A stretch of DNA of 54,670 bases, the filler included, from Jimgerdemannia flammicorona (lineage: Eukaryota), in assembly GCA_003990765.1 (NCBI GenBank). It is 3 parts of 3 records of this genome, joined end to end, with 100 filler letters (N's around TTAATTAATTAA, not from the genome) between each part and the next. Parts side by side here need not be neighbours in the genome. Positions count along the whole stretch, not along the records: positions 1 to 18,159 come from RBNJ01002281.1; 2 more parts are not named here. One strand, 5' to 3'. Position numbers and translations under genes: made by a program. The notes beneath the pieces are model-generated. The model saw only the letters and a list, made by a program, of their open reading frames with translations, did not search any database and was not told the DNA's origin. The first letter of the stretch is position 1. The number at the start of each line of letters is the position of its first letter. Positions 1 through 12,029 of the stretch are shown one piece after another.

Positions 1-1140
1 AAAAAAAGAGCTGGCAGTGGCCCCGTTGCTCCAGAAGTCAATCTCGAAGTTTGCAGCTACCTTGTGCTTTTGGGGCTTGGTGGTGATGGTGAGGATGATT
101 CTGGGGCTTATTTCAAAACAGGTGGCTGGAGCAGCCTCAGTGAAGTTCCTGAAGGGTCTGGAGGGGGTTGAGGTGGGCTTTGAGAAGGCAAGCCCACTGG
201 ACAAGGCCCTGATGACTGGAGTAGTGGTTGAGGAAGTGGTGGTCCCTATGGTGCAGTGCTTGAGATAGTACCCCAGAGTGGTGCAGCTTCTGGTGAGGGG
301 GGTACCAATGGTGACAAAGGAGGAGACTATGAGGAGGGTGGAGGAGGTGATGGTAGAGTATAGTGACATGGTGGACATTGGCTTCCAGATATGGGAGGGG
401 ACCACATTCAGAATGGGTGATGTTGATGTTAGGATTCAGCTGGTGGGGAAGGTGGCCACAGGGAAGACAAGTCACTGGCCCTTGGTGCTAATGTGGGGGG
501 CTTTTGTCTGTAAGATGTTGAGGGTGAAAGAGAGTAAAGAGGTGGAGGAGGACTTGTTGGAGGCTCTGGAGGAGTTGAGTGGTATAGTTGAGAGAAGGGC
601 AAAGGCCTGGAGAATGTTTGAGGAGTCAACACATCTGGAGATTGTAGATGGGAAGTGTATTTGTACTGACAAGAGGCAGTGGGAGTGGGCACAGAGGCAC
701 AGGAGGCAGAGGGAGCTATTGGTGAGTATGAAAGAAGAGGTGAAGAAGAAGGCAGATGGGGCTGAGGTGATGGGGGGCATCAAAGCCAGTGTCTGGGCTA
801 GTAAAGGAGAAGGGGAGGTGGAGGCAAGCAAGGAAGGAGCTGGGAAGGTACTGAGCAAGGACCCCTATACTGACAGCACATTCGAGGTCTGGGAGCAGGA
901 ATTGGATGCCACCTCCCCCCCTCTTATCAGGAGGGGCCCGGCTGTGAAGAGAGGGACAACAGCAGATGTACTGATGCAGGGGGCCCAGCGAGTGCACTTT
1001 GGGGTCCCTGATGTGGTGAAAGGGGGCCAGGTAGTGGTAGTTGGTGAGGACAAGCTGGTGGATGTCCCTGAGGAGGAGTGGGATGAGACTGCCAGTGTAG
1101 GAGCTGATACCATGATGTTGGATGCAGGGTGGCCAGAGAC
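1..1140 (+). pseudogene. LINE ORF1 remnant (RRM-like nucleic-acid-binding region)
   Basis: ORFs 17..268 and 278..1156 match the 559-aa ORF 31093..32772 (VVQLLVxGVP...YxDxVDIGFQxWEG...GDVDVRI). Interrupted by a stop, and the C-terminus is deleted. Confidence 0.85.
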
Positions 1141-4100
1141 TCAGGAGCTGGGGTGATCACTTGGTCTGGGGAGATTGGCATTGGCCAGGGTGGGAGTTGG
1201 TGAGGGTTGACTCTTGTTACTGCCCAGCAGTTAGGGGCGAGAGAACTGCATGGATTAAGGAGCTGCTAGAGGAGGGTATTCTCTTGGAGGAAGGGGTCGA
1301 TGTTCTCAGTAGGGATGTTAATATAGTTTGGGATCAGTGTCTAGACAGAACTGATGGAGGGAGGAGTGCAGGGGGGAGAAGTGGAGGTCTGGATGCATGG
1401 GAGGGGGTGGAGAATTTGAGCTCCTTAGAGGATATGGGCAGAACATGGTGGGGCAATACCAGGGTCTACACACATTGGGTGAATGGCTTGGGTACAAGGA
1501 TTGACTGGATTCAGACAGCCAAGTATTGGGGTTCAGATGTTTGGAAGATATTGGAGGTAGAGTAGTGCCCATGGTCTGATCACTGGGGACTGTTGGGGCA
1601 GGGGCAGTTTGGGGGGAGTGGAGATGGACCCAGACATTGGCACCTTAACTCCTCCCTGCTGGCTGAGAAGGGGTTGTGGGACTCATGGGTGGAGGACATT
1701 TAGGCAAAGGATTTTACCTGGAGGCATGAGGGTTTGTCTGTGGGTATCTGTTGGATGATATTGAAAGAGGCTGCTAGGGTCTATTGGAGAGGAGCAGGTA
1801 GAGAAGCTGGGAGATGAAGGAGGAAGCACATGAGGGGTGCTTCCAGTAGGCTGAGGAGACTGCAAATGGATTGGGTGGATTTGCTTACTTCTGGTGGGGT
1901 GGAGGATTGGAGGATAGAGCAGGCAAAATTAGAGATAGTGGAACTACAACAGGTGTTGAGAGAAGAGGAGGTGACTCATATATGAGGAATGGCTGCTAGG
2001 CTATGGTAGCAGGGACTTGAGGAGGATGAGTAGCCTACTAGGTACTTGTCAAGACTCCTCAAAGCTAGGAGGGTGTGATATCAGTGGGATGGGGTCTTAG
2101 ATGCCAATGGGGACATGGTGCATGGCATGCAACAAGTCTTAGGGGTTTTGAAGGAGAGATGGCAGGGTTTGTGGAGTGAGGGAGAAGGGAGTGCTGATGA
2201 GATAGTGATTGCAGATACACTAGAGGAGTGGGGGCCACTGCAAGTAGTGGGACTGGGTGACTTGATCTTACTGGTATAAGAAGAGGAGATCCAGAGTGTC
2301 CTTGAGGCAACTAAGCTTGGAACAGCACCAGGGGAGGATGGGTTACTGTGGGACTTCCAGAAGAAGATGGTAAAGATCCCTGGAGTTTTGGGTGAGATGG
2401 CTGCTCTCTGTGACCATGTTCTTCAGAGTGGTGAGTGGATTGGAGAGCAGGACCTCAGGCTGGTGGCCTTATTGTACAAAGATAAGGGGAGGAGGGAAGA
2501 CTGGAAGAATTGGAGACTGATCATACTTCTGGATATAGACAGGAAGATGGTGACTAAGGTGATTGTTGCAAGGCTGCAGAAAGTTGCCCAACAGGTGCTG
2601 GGGGAGGAGTAGCAGAGCTTTGTTAGGGGCAGACTTATAAGGGATGGGACTGCATGGGTGCATGGTGTCATTGAAGGGGCCTGGGCTTGTGGACTGGATG
2701 GAAGATTGGTCTTTTTGGACCAGGAGAAGTCCTATGACCATGTATGATAGGTTTGGCTGGGCAAGGTGTTGGATCAAATTGGTGTTCCCTCAAGATTTCA
2801 GGCTTTTATGTTGAATCTACTAGAGAGCAGTTGGGTGGTGCTGATGTGTAATAGTTACCAAGGTCTGGCATTCTCCTTGGGAAGAGGAGTTCCTCAGGGG
2901 GACCCTCTGTCCCCCATTCTCTATGCTCTTTCATTAGAGCCTCTGATGGATAGGATTCACTAGAAGGTGGCAGGGCTCTCTATATATGGTATAGTGTGGA
3001 AGGTGGGGGCCTTTGCTGATGATATGGTGGTTGGACTTGGGTCTGTGGCAGATGTCAAGGCACTTAAGAAGACAGTGGAATGATATAAGGCTCACTCTGG
3101 GGTGAAGCTCAACTGGTATAAGTGTGAGATAATGGTGCTAGAGAATGGGCTAGTGGGTGGGGACATCATTGGAACAATTGTTCCTACTGGTGAGGTAGTG
3201 CAGTATCTGGGTATCTTCCTTTCTGTATATGGTTCTGTCTTGCCACAAGTGTGGTGGGAGAGCAGGGTGACTATTTGGGGTAAGGCCCTTCAAGGTCCAT
3301 ATCTCTCTAGCAGAGTGGGTGTCAATTCTGAATGTATACTGGTTCCCCAAGCTATAGTATGTGGCCTATTACCTAGACTTCCCAGCTTGGGTGGTAAAGA
3401 GGCTGACAAAGGTGGCTAGGGATTAGATTTGGGCAGGGAGGAGGTCCCAGATCAGTGGGCATACTCTTGCAACACTAGTGGTCAGAGGAGGTCTTGGCCT
3501 TGTGGATTTCCCTAAGAGGTTGTACTGCTTGTGAGCCTGGTGGTTGAAGAGGACTGCTGAACTGCAGAGAGGGGGTTGGGTGCCACTGCTGCAGAAGTAT
3601 GGGAGATGAGAACCTCCCCAAGAGGGTCCTCAGGAGATCTGCTCTCTTTGGTGGGGCTGAATGGAAATCAGCAGCTGCAGTTTAAGGGCTTTTGGTGGAG
3701 GGTAGTAGATGGAGCACATCGAATTGGCCTGCACTGGCAAGGCAATGAGGCAGAGGTAATATGGGGACCAGATATGTAGTGATGGGATAGACTGCTTGTG
3801 GGGGGTGCTTCACTTGCTGAGTTTGATATTGGGGATGGAGTGGAGTGTCAGCAGGGTCTAGGCCAGGATCTTTGGCCAAGTGGCTGGTAGGTGGCAGGGA
3901 TCAGTGAGGAGTGGGACTGGGCAGGTATCTGGTCTTGGATTGCTGAGGTGCAGAGGTGGCTTCCTCCCAAGTTCTGGGTGGTATAGTGGTGAATGCTGCA
4001 GAGGAATGTTATGTTGAATTTCCACACTGGGTATCTGGTAGATGGTGGCTATTTCGATTGTGAGGAGTGTTACAATATAGAGCAGGCTAGGGGACTTGTG

Positions 4101-4581
4101 CAGATGCCAGAACATTAGTTGGGAGAGTGTGAGGTTTTGGTGGACTTTCGGGTAGAAATAGGGAATAAACTGGGTATAGAGCAAAGGCTGGCAGGTGAGG
4201 GAGGCTGCTGAGAGGACTTGAGATCTCGGCTAGTAGGTGGTGTGGGTGATAGTTGGCTAACTATAGGGTGGGTGTTAGCAGTATGGGTGGGACTGGTGGG
4301 CCATTGGCTTTTTGTATTTGAGGAGGGGTAGTAGATGGGGCTGCAGGAGAAGGTATTACAGTGGAAGGAGCTGTTGGGGGATCTGCTGACTGGATGGTGG
4401 GTGGGTTGGGGTCCTCAGGGGAGGTGACGTCACAGTTTGGTGGCAAGGATCTGTGAGCAGAGTGGTAGGAGGATAGAGATAGTATTAGACAAAGTGACTT
4501 TTCATCAGGAAGGGGTAGGGGGGGAGAGCCCCCCTAGGGGGATTGGATAGGGGGTGGGATCACTGTATTTATATGGAATAG
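1141..4581 (+). pseudogene. LINE ORF2 remnant (APE endonuclease C-part + reverse transcriptase + C-terminal Cys/His region)
   Basis: Fragments KNWRLIILLDIDRK, FLDQEKSYDH, QGDPLSP, FADD, YLGI. Many TGG/CAG/CGA-derived stops. Confidence 0.9.
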
Positions 4582-5099
4582 ATGGGTGTAATAAAGGAAG
4601 GAAGTCTAAGTGACTATAAAAAAAAAAAAAAAAAAAAAGATATATGTTAGTTCTGGGACTAGAAGGTTCTGCAATTGTTCTCCGATTGCATAGTGGGCCT
4701 AAAGTTGATGGACCTGTAGCAATTGTCTGGCCAGGACAAGTTCTCTTGATGAATCTGAATTCTTTAGAGAGTAGTCCCATTGATTTCTCGAAATTGGAGT
4801 AGGGGAACTGGCAGTAATTGAAATGAGCTAAGGATAAGGGTCTGGAGGCAGTTGTCAACTCTCTGATTCATGATATGGAGAAAGGTATATCTTGAGGCAA
4901 TTGATGTGTATTAGTGTCTTCAGAGTTTGTCCATTCATACTTCTTAAATAGATGCTGGTTCCTCTGATGTTATATACAAGATAAGGTCCTTCTTGGGCTA
5001 GAACTGCTCTGAGGTCATCTTTAGAAACATCTGTATACAAGATGAATGGCTTCGTGCACAAGGATTGGTGCTGTAGTCATGCAGTTCTTGAGTTCTTTG

Positions 5100-5950
5100 A
5101 AGGCTTTTTCTTGTGATTCTGTCTATTTGAATGGTACTTCTTTCTTGAGAAGGATTTGGATTGGGGTAGCAATTTGGGCAAAATTCTTAATAAACCTTCT
5201 GTAGTAGGATACCAGCATCAGGAATGATAATGTTTCCTTCAGAGTTTTGGGTGCTGGCCAATTATTGATCTTTTCAGTTTTCTTTGGGTCTGTATGGGTT
5301 CCTTCTTTTGAAACTATGAATCCAAGAAATTCGAATTTCTGTTTCCCAAAGTAGCATTTCTTTGCATTCAGTCTCAAGTGGTTCTTGCAGGTGAGCTTGA
5401 AGAATTCCTCTAGGTGGTGGAGGTGATCTTTGAAATTTGCTGAATAGATGTTAGAATCATCCATGTATACAATCAGATAGTAGTGGATTAAGGAGGCATA
5501 GACTGAATTCATCATCCTTTGAAAGGTTGGTGGTGCATTACAAAGTCCAAAAAGCATTTGGAGGTATTCAAACAGTTTTCTTAGAGCAAGGAAGGCTGTC
5601 TTCTGAATGTCTTTGGGGTCCATGGGGATCTCATGGAATCCTGTAAAGAGGTCCATTTGCTGAAGTATCTGGCATCTTGTAACTGATCCAAAAGGTCATT
5701 GATTCTGAGCAAAGGATAGGCATCCTTTTCAGTGACTGAATTGAGTTTCCTGTAATCTACACAAAGTCTCCATCTTCCTTTCTTTGGTACAATAAGTATA
5801 GGGCTGGCCCAGGGGCTGGTAGAGGATCAGATGACTCTATTGTCTAGGAGTTCTTGAATATGCTCCTTTTTGAATGTTTTCAAGTGATGGGGTATTCTAT
5901 AGGGTTTCTGCCAGATAGTTGTTGCATTTCCTGTATTTATGCCATTGTGA
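5100..5950 (-). pseudogene. Gypsy reverse transcriptase (family A)
   Basis: [28 protein letters not shown] upstream of ORF 5123..5656, which contains YMDD. Confidence 0.92.
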
Positions 5951-6559
5951 TATAATGGATTGTATAGCAGGTTGCCATAATCAGTTGTGAAGATATCTTG
6001 ATATTTATTGAGGTGTTCTGCTAGTCATTGCTGTTGTTGGGATGTCAATTCTTCTCCAATATTGGTGGAAGGCTTCACTGTCTCCTGGGTCGCAGAGGGG
6101 CCTTTCCTTTCTTCTGGGATCTTTCGCTATTTCCCGATAGGTTTAGTTTGTAAACTTCCCTATAAGTTCAGTTGAGAAAAGGCACCAGATGTCCTATGAT
6201 GATTTCTTTTAGCAAGATGATGGTCTCCCAACTTTGGTTAGTTGCTTGGGAGTGCACTGGATTCATCTTGTCAGAGAAGGTGTGTCCCTCTATATCCAGA
6301 TGTGGGATATCTTCATTGGGTTCAAAGAAGAGATTTCTGGGATCAGGTGGTGCAAAGAGATTTCAAAGGTGGTTTGTTCTCCAGACTCCAGGATGTGATT
6401 CTTGTATAGTTTGACTGGTTGGTGATATACTTGCCAGGGAATATTCCTCTTGAGGTGGTTGACTTGAAGGAGATGTACTTCCTTCTTATCTGAGCTTCCA
6501 AATCCTTTGGCTTGTCTTGTTCCTTCAGTCAGTTCAGAAACTTCTTGTAATTGTAGTGT

Positions 6560-6870
6560 CTTGACCTTTATGAAGACTGCTTGGGTGATCTTCTATCCTC
6601 TAATAATTTAGTGACATTATCCACAATTATTGTGTAGGATGACCTTGATTTCACCTATATATCCTAGGTCTGTGGTTCCTCCTTCTATAGTTATTCCTTA
6701 TCTGACAAGTCCAGACCTTGAGGTCAGTTGGATGTAAGCTCCTTGGGGTGGCTGCATGGCTAATCTGGTTCTGATCATGAAGGTTTTTCCAGGGTTGATA
6801 GATTTATCCTCCAGACTGTGAAGATCATATCTTATATCCTCTGGGTGGGCTTTGGTTAGGATTTGGCCTT
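6560..6870 (-). pseudogene. dUTPase domain in Gypsy family A (between protease and RT)
   Basis: Manual translation: TKAHPEDIRYDLHS...IQLTSRSGLV..GITIEGGTTDLGYIGEIKVILHN...KITQAVF. These are dUTPase motifs I-IV. Confidence 0.85.
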
Positions 6871-8387
6871 GGGATGCAGCAGGGCATACTGGGCAATATC
6901 CTTGCTGAGTTTGGGCTGACCTAAGGCTGAAGCACCACTAGCAGAGAGCCTCTAAGCTCTAAGATTGAGGTGTGGCCATTTGGCTCCAGTAGAGGGGTCT
7001 CAGAGATAGTTGATCCTCTCCTTCCTGTAGGGTCTAGGGCCTCCATGAAGTTGGTAGCATCTTCTACCCATCCTTGGCAGGTTGCATGTCTGATGAGAGC
7101 TAGGATGACTTCTCCTAAGTCATAGATCCTGAGGGTCCTCCTTCCTGGCTTTTTGGTCTGGCTTTCTCAGTCTGGCTTTGGTTATCTCTTCTCTTCAAAG
7201 TGTGGATTGTGACATCATGACTAAGATAGATCTTCTGATGCCTGCAGTCTCAGCAGTCTGGGTGTCTCTATAGTTACAGTATCCCATTGCTTAAAAATGA
7301 TATTCCCAGTTATTGATCTCTTGTTGTTTCAGGAATCAGTACCCATCTTGGTCATAAGTTGGTAGAAGAGTAGTCAAGAGGTATACTTCTGTCTGGGTGA
7401 AGAGGCCTTGTCCTCTGAATCAGCTTTGCAACTTGGTAGTAACTTCTTGAAAGATAGTTGACTGTGTAACTGTGTTTGGGGGTTCAGGTCTCTGGGGTCT
7501 CTGTCTCTCCTGTTGGTCTAGTAGATGGTACTGATGGCAGTAGTTTCAGGGAGAGTGGAAGACCATTTGGTATGGACATCTTCCTAGCCAAAAAGTCTTT
7601 TATTGGTGAGTTTCTTTCTTGGGGATAATGGCGATTATACTGGGTCCTTCTTCTATATTTCAAGAGTCATTGTCTTCAGGTGGTGTCCAGTGAGGGTCAT
7701 CCCAGGGAATGAGTTTGGGGACTTCTTCCTCTTCAGACACTTCTTGTTCAGGAACTTCTTGGTCATGAACTTCTTCTTCCTCAGATGATTCTTGTCCCCA
7801 AATTGCTTACACTTCTGCAGCTTCAGCTGCAGTGTTTCTGGAGTATGTCTGTATTTCTTCTTCTTCTTCTTGCACTCAGAGCAGACTGTACCAGGCGAAT
7901 TCCTTTTCCCAATAATTTTAGAGGAGTGCTCAGGGCACTTGTATCTCTTGAGGCAGGTGGAACATCCTTTGATTTCTCCTGCAATGGCTTCAATGGTAAT
8001 AGGGACAGTGTTCTTGGCCCATACATTGTCTTCTGGTCTATCATTCACTAGGTTAATTCGGGGGTTGAGATTGGGATTATTTCCATCTTCAGATTCTTCT
8101 TTCTTCTTTATGGTAGACTCTTCATTACTGGCATATTCTTCTTGAATAGTGACCTTCTTCTTCTTCTTTGATTACTCATAGCTGGTCATCTTAACTCTGT
8201 ACTTCTTGCCTCAGTAGTCAAACTTGAGTACTTGTTGATCAATATCAACAACCACATTCATTTCCTTCATCCAGTTGGTGTCAAGAATCATGTCATAGGT
8301 GACAGCTTCAGTAACAACAGCTTTTGGGATAGAGAACTGAATATGTCCAAGGAAGATGGTGATATTTCATACTTCACCAAGGGGTTG

Positions 8388-10312
8388 TGTAAGAGGGTTG
8401 CTTTTTTAGAGTAACCATTACGTAGTTCTGAAAAGATTTTCTGGATATTCTGGATGTTCTGGAAGACTGTTTTCTTATGTTCAAGATCAATTTCGTATGG
8501 AGTACATCCTCTATGCTTATTGATTTCAAGATTGGGTTGACATCTCAACCAAAGTCCTTTTTTGGACTAGTTTTGGATGTTCAGGATTTTCCATATTTCA
8601 GGAAGTTCAAGAAACTAAGACCAGCTTAGTTGAATTGGCATATTGCTGCAGACAATACCCAATTAGGAAATTTCGCAATGGGGTTAGGAGTGGGACCTAA
8701 CAGGGAGTGGATTTACTTAAGAGTGGTTTGTGGGTTATTTGAATAGATTTATTTTCTATTCATGATATTGCTATACTAGGAGTAGTTGTATAGAGGGATA
8801 TTGTGGGGAAGTATTCAGGAATGTTCTTGTGTATTCGAGTCTGAGATTCTGAGGTCTGGGGGAGGGGGTATTTATACTAGTGAGGGGCTATCTGGACTAT
8901 GCTAGATATGGATGTAGCACTAAGTGCTTTGCTGAGTCAGAATGCACTCACATAGTACAAGTGTGATCTGATATATCAAGAGATCATCTGACTGTTGAGT
9001 CAGTTCACAGTTACGTGATACAAGGCTAATCTAACTATACTTATGACTGCTAGGCTATTTGTAGGTTTAGGCACTGTCTGGGTAGTCCTCAATGACATCA
9101 CTATCGATTGCATCATCTCTGATGAAGTAGTCATCTAGGAAGAGTGGTTTGCAGATTACTTCTCCTTGTTCACTGAGGTAATAATACATTGGAACTTTGT
9201 CTTCTGTAGGTTACAGCACTATGAGTCGCAGGGTTATAGTAAGCTAGTGGCTGTGGTTCATGTCGCTCATACTCAGATGGTGGAGTGGTTGGTTCAATCT
9301 CGAGGGTTGTCTGAAGGTGCAGGTTATGTTCTCCGGTCTCTTCATTATAGTTGAACTAATCAGGGGTGAATGCTGGTTGGTATTCATGTGAGTGGTCATT
9401 GTCCCAATAAGTCTCGTATGCAGTTATGAACTGTTGTAAGTTCATTGGCAAGGTTGGTGGAGTGATCAGGGTTGGCAGAGATCCTTGGCTGGAGGTCATA
9501 TCGGCATTGGAGGGATCATTGTCTTCTGCTTCATCTTCATCGAAGTGGATTATATCATAGATGCCCTTCATGGCATATCCAACTTGGGGCATTTGCAGAA
9601 TATGATCATTGGGGTGTGAGAAGGTTCTGTCTGTGGTTTCGATATACTCGAGGTACTTGTGGTTGAGTTCTTGTATTATGTCGTCGATTTGGCCATAGGA
9701 CAGGGTAGCAACCATTTCAGCTGTGGTAACTCAGAGGCAGGGAATAATGGTGCTATGTATACTCATAGAAGAGTTCTCGATATTTGTGGGCAATGAGCTT
9801 CTGGTGTTGAGACATCTGGGTAATGTCTGTATCATGGTGGTGTTCGACCATGTCTTCCAGGAGGCAGCCGATCTGGTAGTAGCTTGAGATTTGTCCAATT
9901 CAGTGGACCTCACTAAGCATGTTCAGAGTGTTCCATTGGGCTTCCACAAAGTAGAGAGGTGCCAGGCTATGGATATTCATGAGGGGCAGAGGGGGTGTGG
10001 CTCGGTTGACAATGGCATTCCAAATGTCAGCGCAGATATGGTTATAGATCTCGGTGGTCATGTTTGTGTGTTTGGAAGTTATAGTTATTGTTTGTTTTGG
10101 TTCTCTGATTTATCTCGGTGCTCAGTATATATGCATTTGTTCCTGATTGGTAAGATTCCATTTGTATAAATCTTGTATTCTGTGACTTCATATTGACTCA
10201 GCTTTGTGTGCTGTGACTTCAGTTTGACTCAGCTTCGTGATCAAGCAGGTGATTTCCAGATTTGTTCAGAGGTCATATATGATTTCAGTGGCTTGGAGGT
10301 TGTGCGCTTACA
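8388..10312 (-). repeat. 3' LTR of copy B (~1.9 kb)
   Basis: Starts TGTAAGAGGG at 8388 and ends GCTTACA at 10312, adjacent to the PPT. Homologous to 16622-17872 and 52508-54563. Confidence 0.92.
9067..10061 (-). pseudogene. LTR U3-encoded ORF, copy B 3' LTR (degenerate, with internal deletion near 9200)
   Basis: ATG at 10061 (MTTEIYNHICADIWNAIVNR). Includes ORF 9356..9715. Ends DYPDSA* at 9067. Homologous to 53184-54281. Confidence 0.75.
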
Positions 10313-10327
10313 ACTCTCCCCTTCTTT
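10313..10327 (-). other. Polypurine tract of copy B
   Basis: Minus strand AAAGAAGGGGAGAGT immediately precedes the TG of the 3' LTR. Confidence 0.88.
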
Positions 10328-10539
10328 GCTTTTGACATTCTTATTGGGTCCTTCTAATTTTGTTCAGTGGTACAGAGAGAATAGGCTTGCTTTCAGTTTT
10401 GCCATTTTTCCAGGGGGTCAGTATTCTTGTCTTGTTTTACTGAGTTCTTGGTTTGGTTTGCAGTAATTATAATGTTCGGGAGGATAATATATAGTATGTA
10501 TAGATAGGTGTGGAGTATTTGGTTCTAGTTGTTCAAGGA

Positions 10540-11900
10540 ATCATATTTCTGAACTAGGTCAGTAGCATTCTGGAGATTTGTCTTGGGTTCCCAGGTTGCA
10601 TCATGGATCGGGTAACCTTTCCATTTGACAAGGTACTCAGGGTGGCTCTTGTTGCCACATTTGTTGAGGATTTGTTCAACTTTGTACTTCTCTTGATCAT
10701 TAATAATAACAGATGCAGGTGGTTTGGTGGTCCTGTTTGGAAATAGTTCATCATCATTCTCATTATATCACTTGAGATGTTGAACATTAAAGACTGGGTG
10801 AATCTTAATGGTGTCTGGTAGTACCAGTTTGTAGGAGGTTAGAGAGACTTGTGCAATGACTTCAAATGGTCCAATGAACTTGCTGTTCAGCTTTGTAGAT
10901 GGTCTGTGCTTGAGGTTGTCAACTTGGTATCCTCTGATGTCCAGTAGAACCTTTTCTCCAATATCAAAGGTTTCTTCTCGGCAGTGTTGGTTAACATACT
11001 GTGACTGTTGTTCTTAAGCTTGTGATAAATTCTTGATTGTGATCTGGCTTAGATTGTGCATTCAGAGTAGGAATTCTTCAACAGCTTTGACTGTGGAGGG
11101 TTCTTCAGTGGTTTGGATAAGTGTCAAAGGGGTGTTTGGGTTTTGTCCAGTATTGGCAAAGAATGGGGTCATTCCAAGAGAGGCTTGCTTGCTATTGTTG
11201 TAAGCAAACTTAACTGTGGTGAGGTGTTCATGCCAATCATCTTGTCTATAGGAAACATAGTTCCTTAGTATTTGTTCCAGAGTTCAGTTCATTCTTTCAG
11301 TTTGACCATCAGTTTCAGGGTGAAAGGCTGTGGATAGTGCAAGTTTTGTTCCAAGGTGTGCATGGAGGGCATTCCAAAAATAGCTGGTAAATTTCAGGTC
11401 TCAGTTGCTAACAATGATCTTAGGAAGACCATGATAGTGGAAGATGCTGTCAAATAAGAGGGTGGCTATGTCTGGTGCTGTTGCAGTAGTGGTAGTAGGC
11501 ACAAAGTGGGCTTGTTTGCTGAGATAGTCCACAAAGACAACAATTGTATCTTTTCCATTCTTGGTTCAGGGTAGTTGTACAATAAAGTCCATAGAGATTT
11601 GTTTCCAATTCATGGATGGTACTGGGATAGGGTGGAGTAAGCTGGGTTTTGCTAGTGTTGAGGACTTGTTGTGTTGGCAGGCATCACAGGAAGTGATATA
11701 GGTCTTGAGCTGATCTGCCATGTAGGGCCAATAGGAGTTTCGGGAGATAACTTCGTAACATTTATCAAATTCTAAATGTCCAGCTGTAGGGGCATCATGA
11801 CATTCGAATAGGATAGTCCTTTGGAGGTCTCGGTTGTTTGGGATATACAATCTGTCTTTGTAGTAGATAGCATTGTCCTTCAGTTGGTATTGGTGATACT
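10540..11900 (-). pseudogene. Integrase + chromodomain (copy B)
   Basis: HHCC region (ECHDAPTAGH..CDACQ), [32 protein letters not shown]. Chromodomain YKVEQILNK...YLVKWKGYPIHDATWEP at ~10570-10700. Confidence 0.93.
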
Positions 11901-12029
11901 TGTATGCTTGTCGGCATCATCACTGTTCAGGATTTCTCACAGTGCTTGAGCTTCCTTATCATTGGCACATGCTGTGATAATTTATTCTATGATGGAGTTT
12001 GTAACCAAGGTGAGATTTTGGATAACCTC

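Larger units (their letters stand above)
1..4638 (+). mobile_element. L1/Tx1-like LINE, copy 1 (5' end outside window, internally deleted, degenerate)
   Basis: ORF1 remnant, then APE endonuclease motifs (GTRIDWI, SDHW) and RT motifs (GVPQGDPLSPILY, AFADD). Ends with AATAAA at 4590-4595 and poly(A) at 4618-4638. Colinear with the copies at 30670 and 38469. Confidence 0.93.
4639..8387 (-). mobile_element. Degenerate Ty3/Gypsy pol fragment (family A): protease C-part, Cys-rich spacer, dUTPase, RT, RNase H start fused to integrase C-terminus
   Basis: RT ORF 5123..5656 ([25 protein letters not shown]). PFILYTDVSK...LAQ followed directly by GPY... at 4855..5061. Protease tail YDMILDTNWMK near 8260-8310. 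Cut at 8388 by the chromovirus LTR. Confidence 0.88.
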
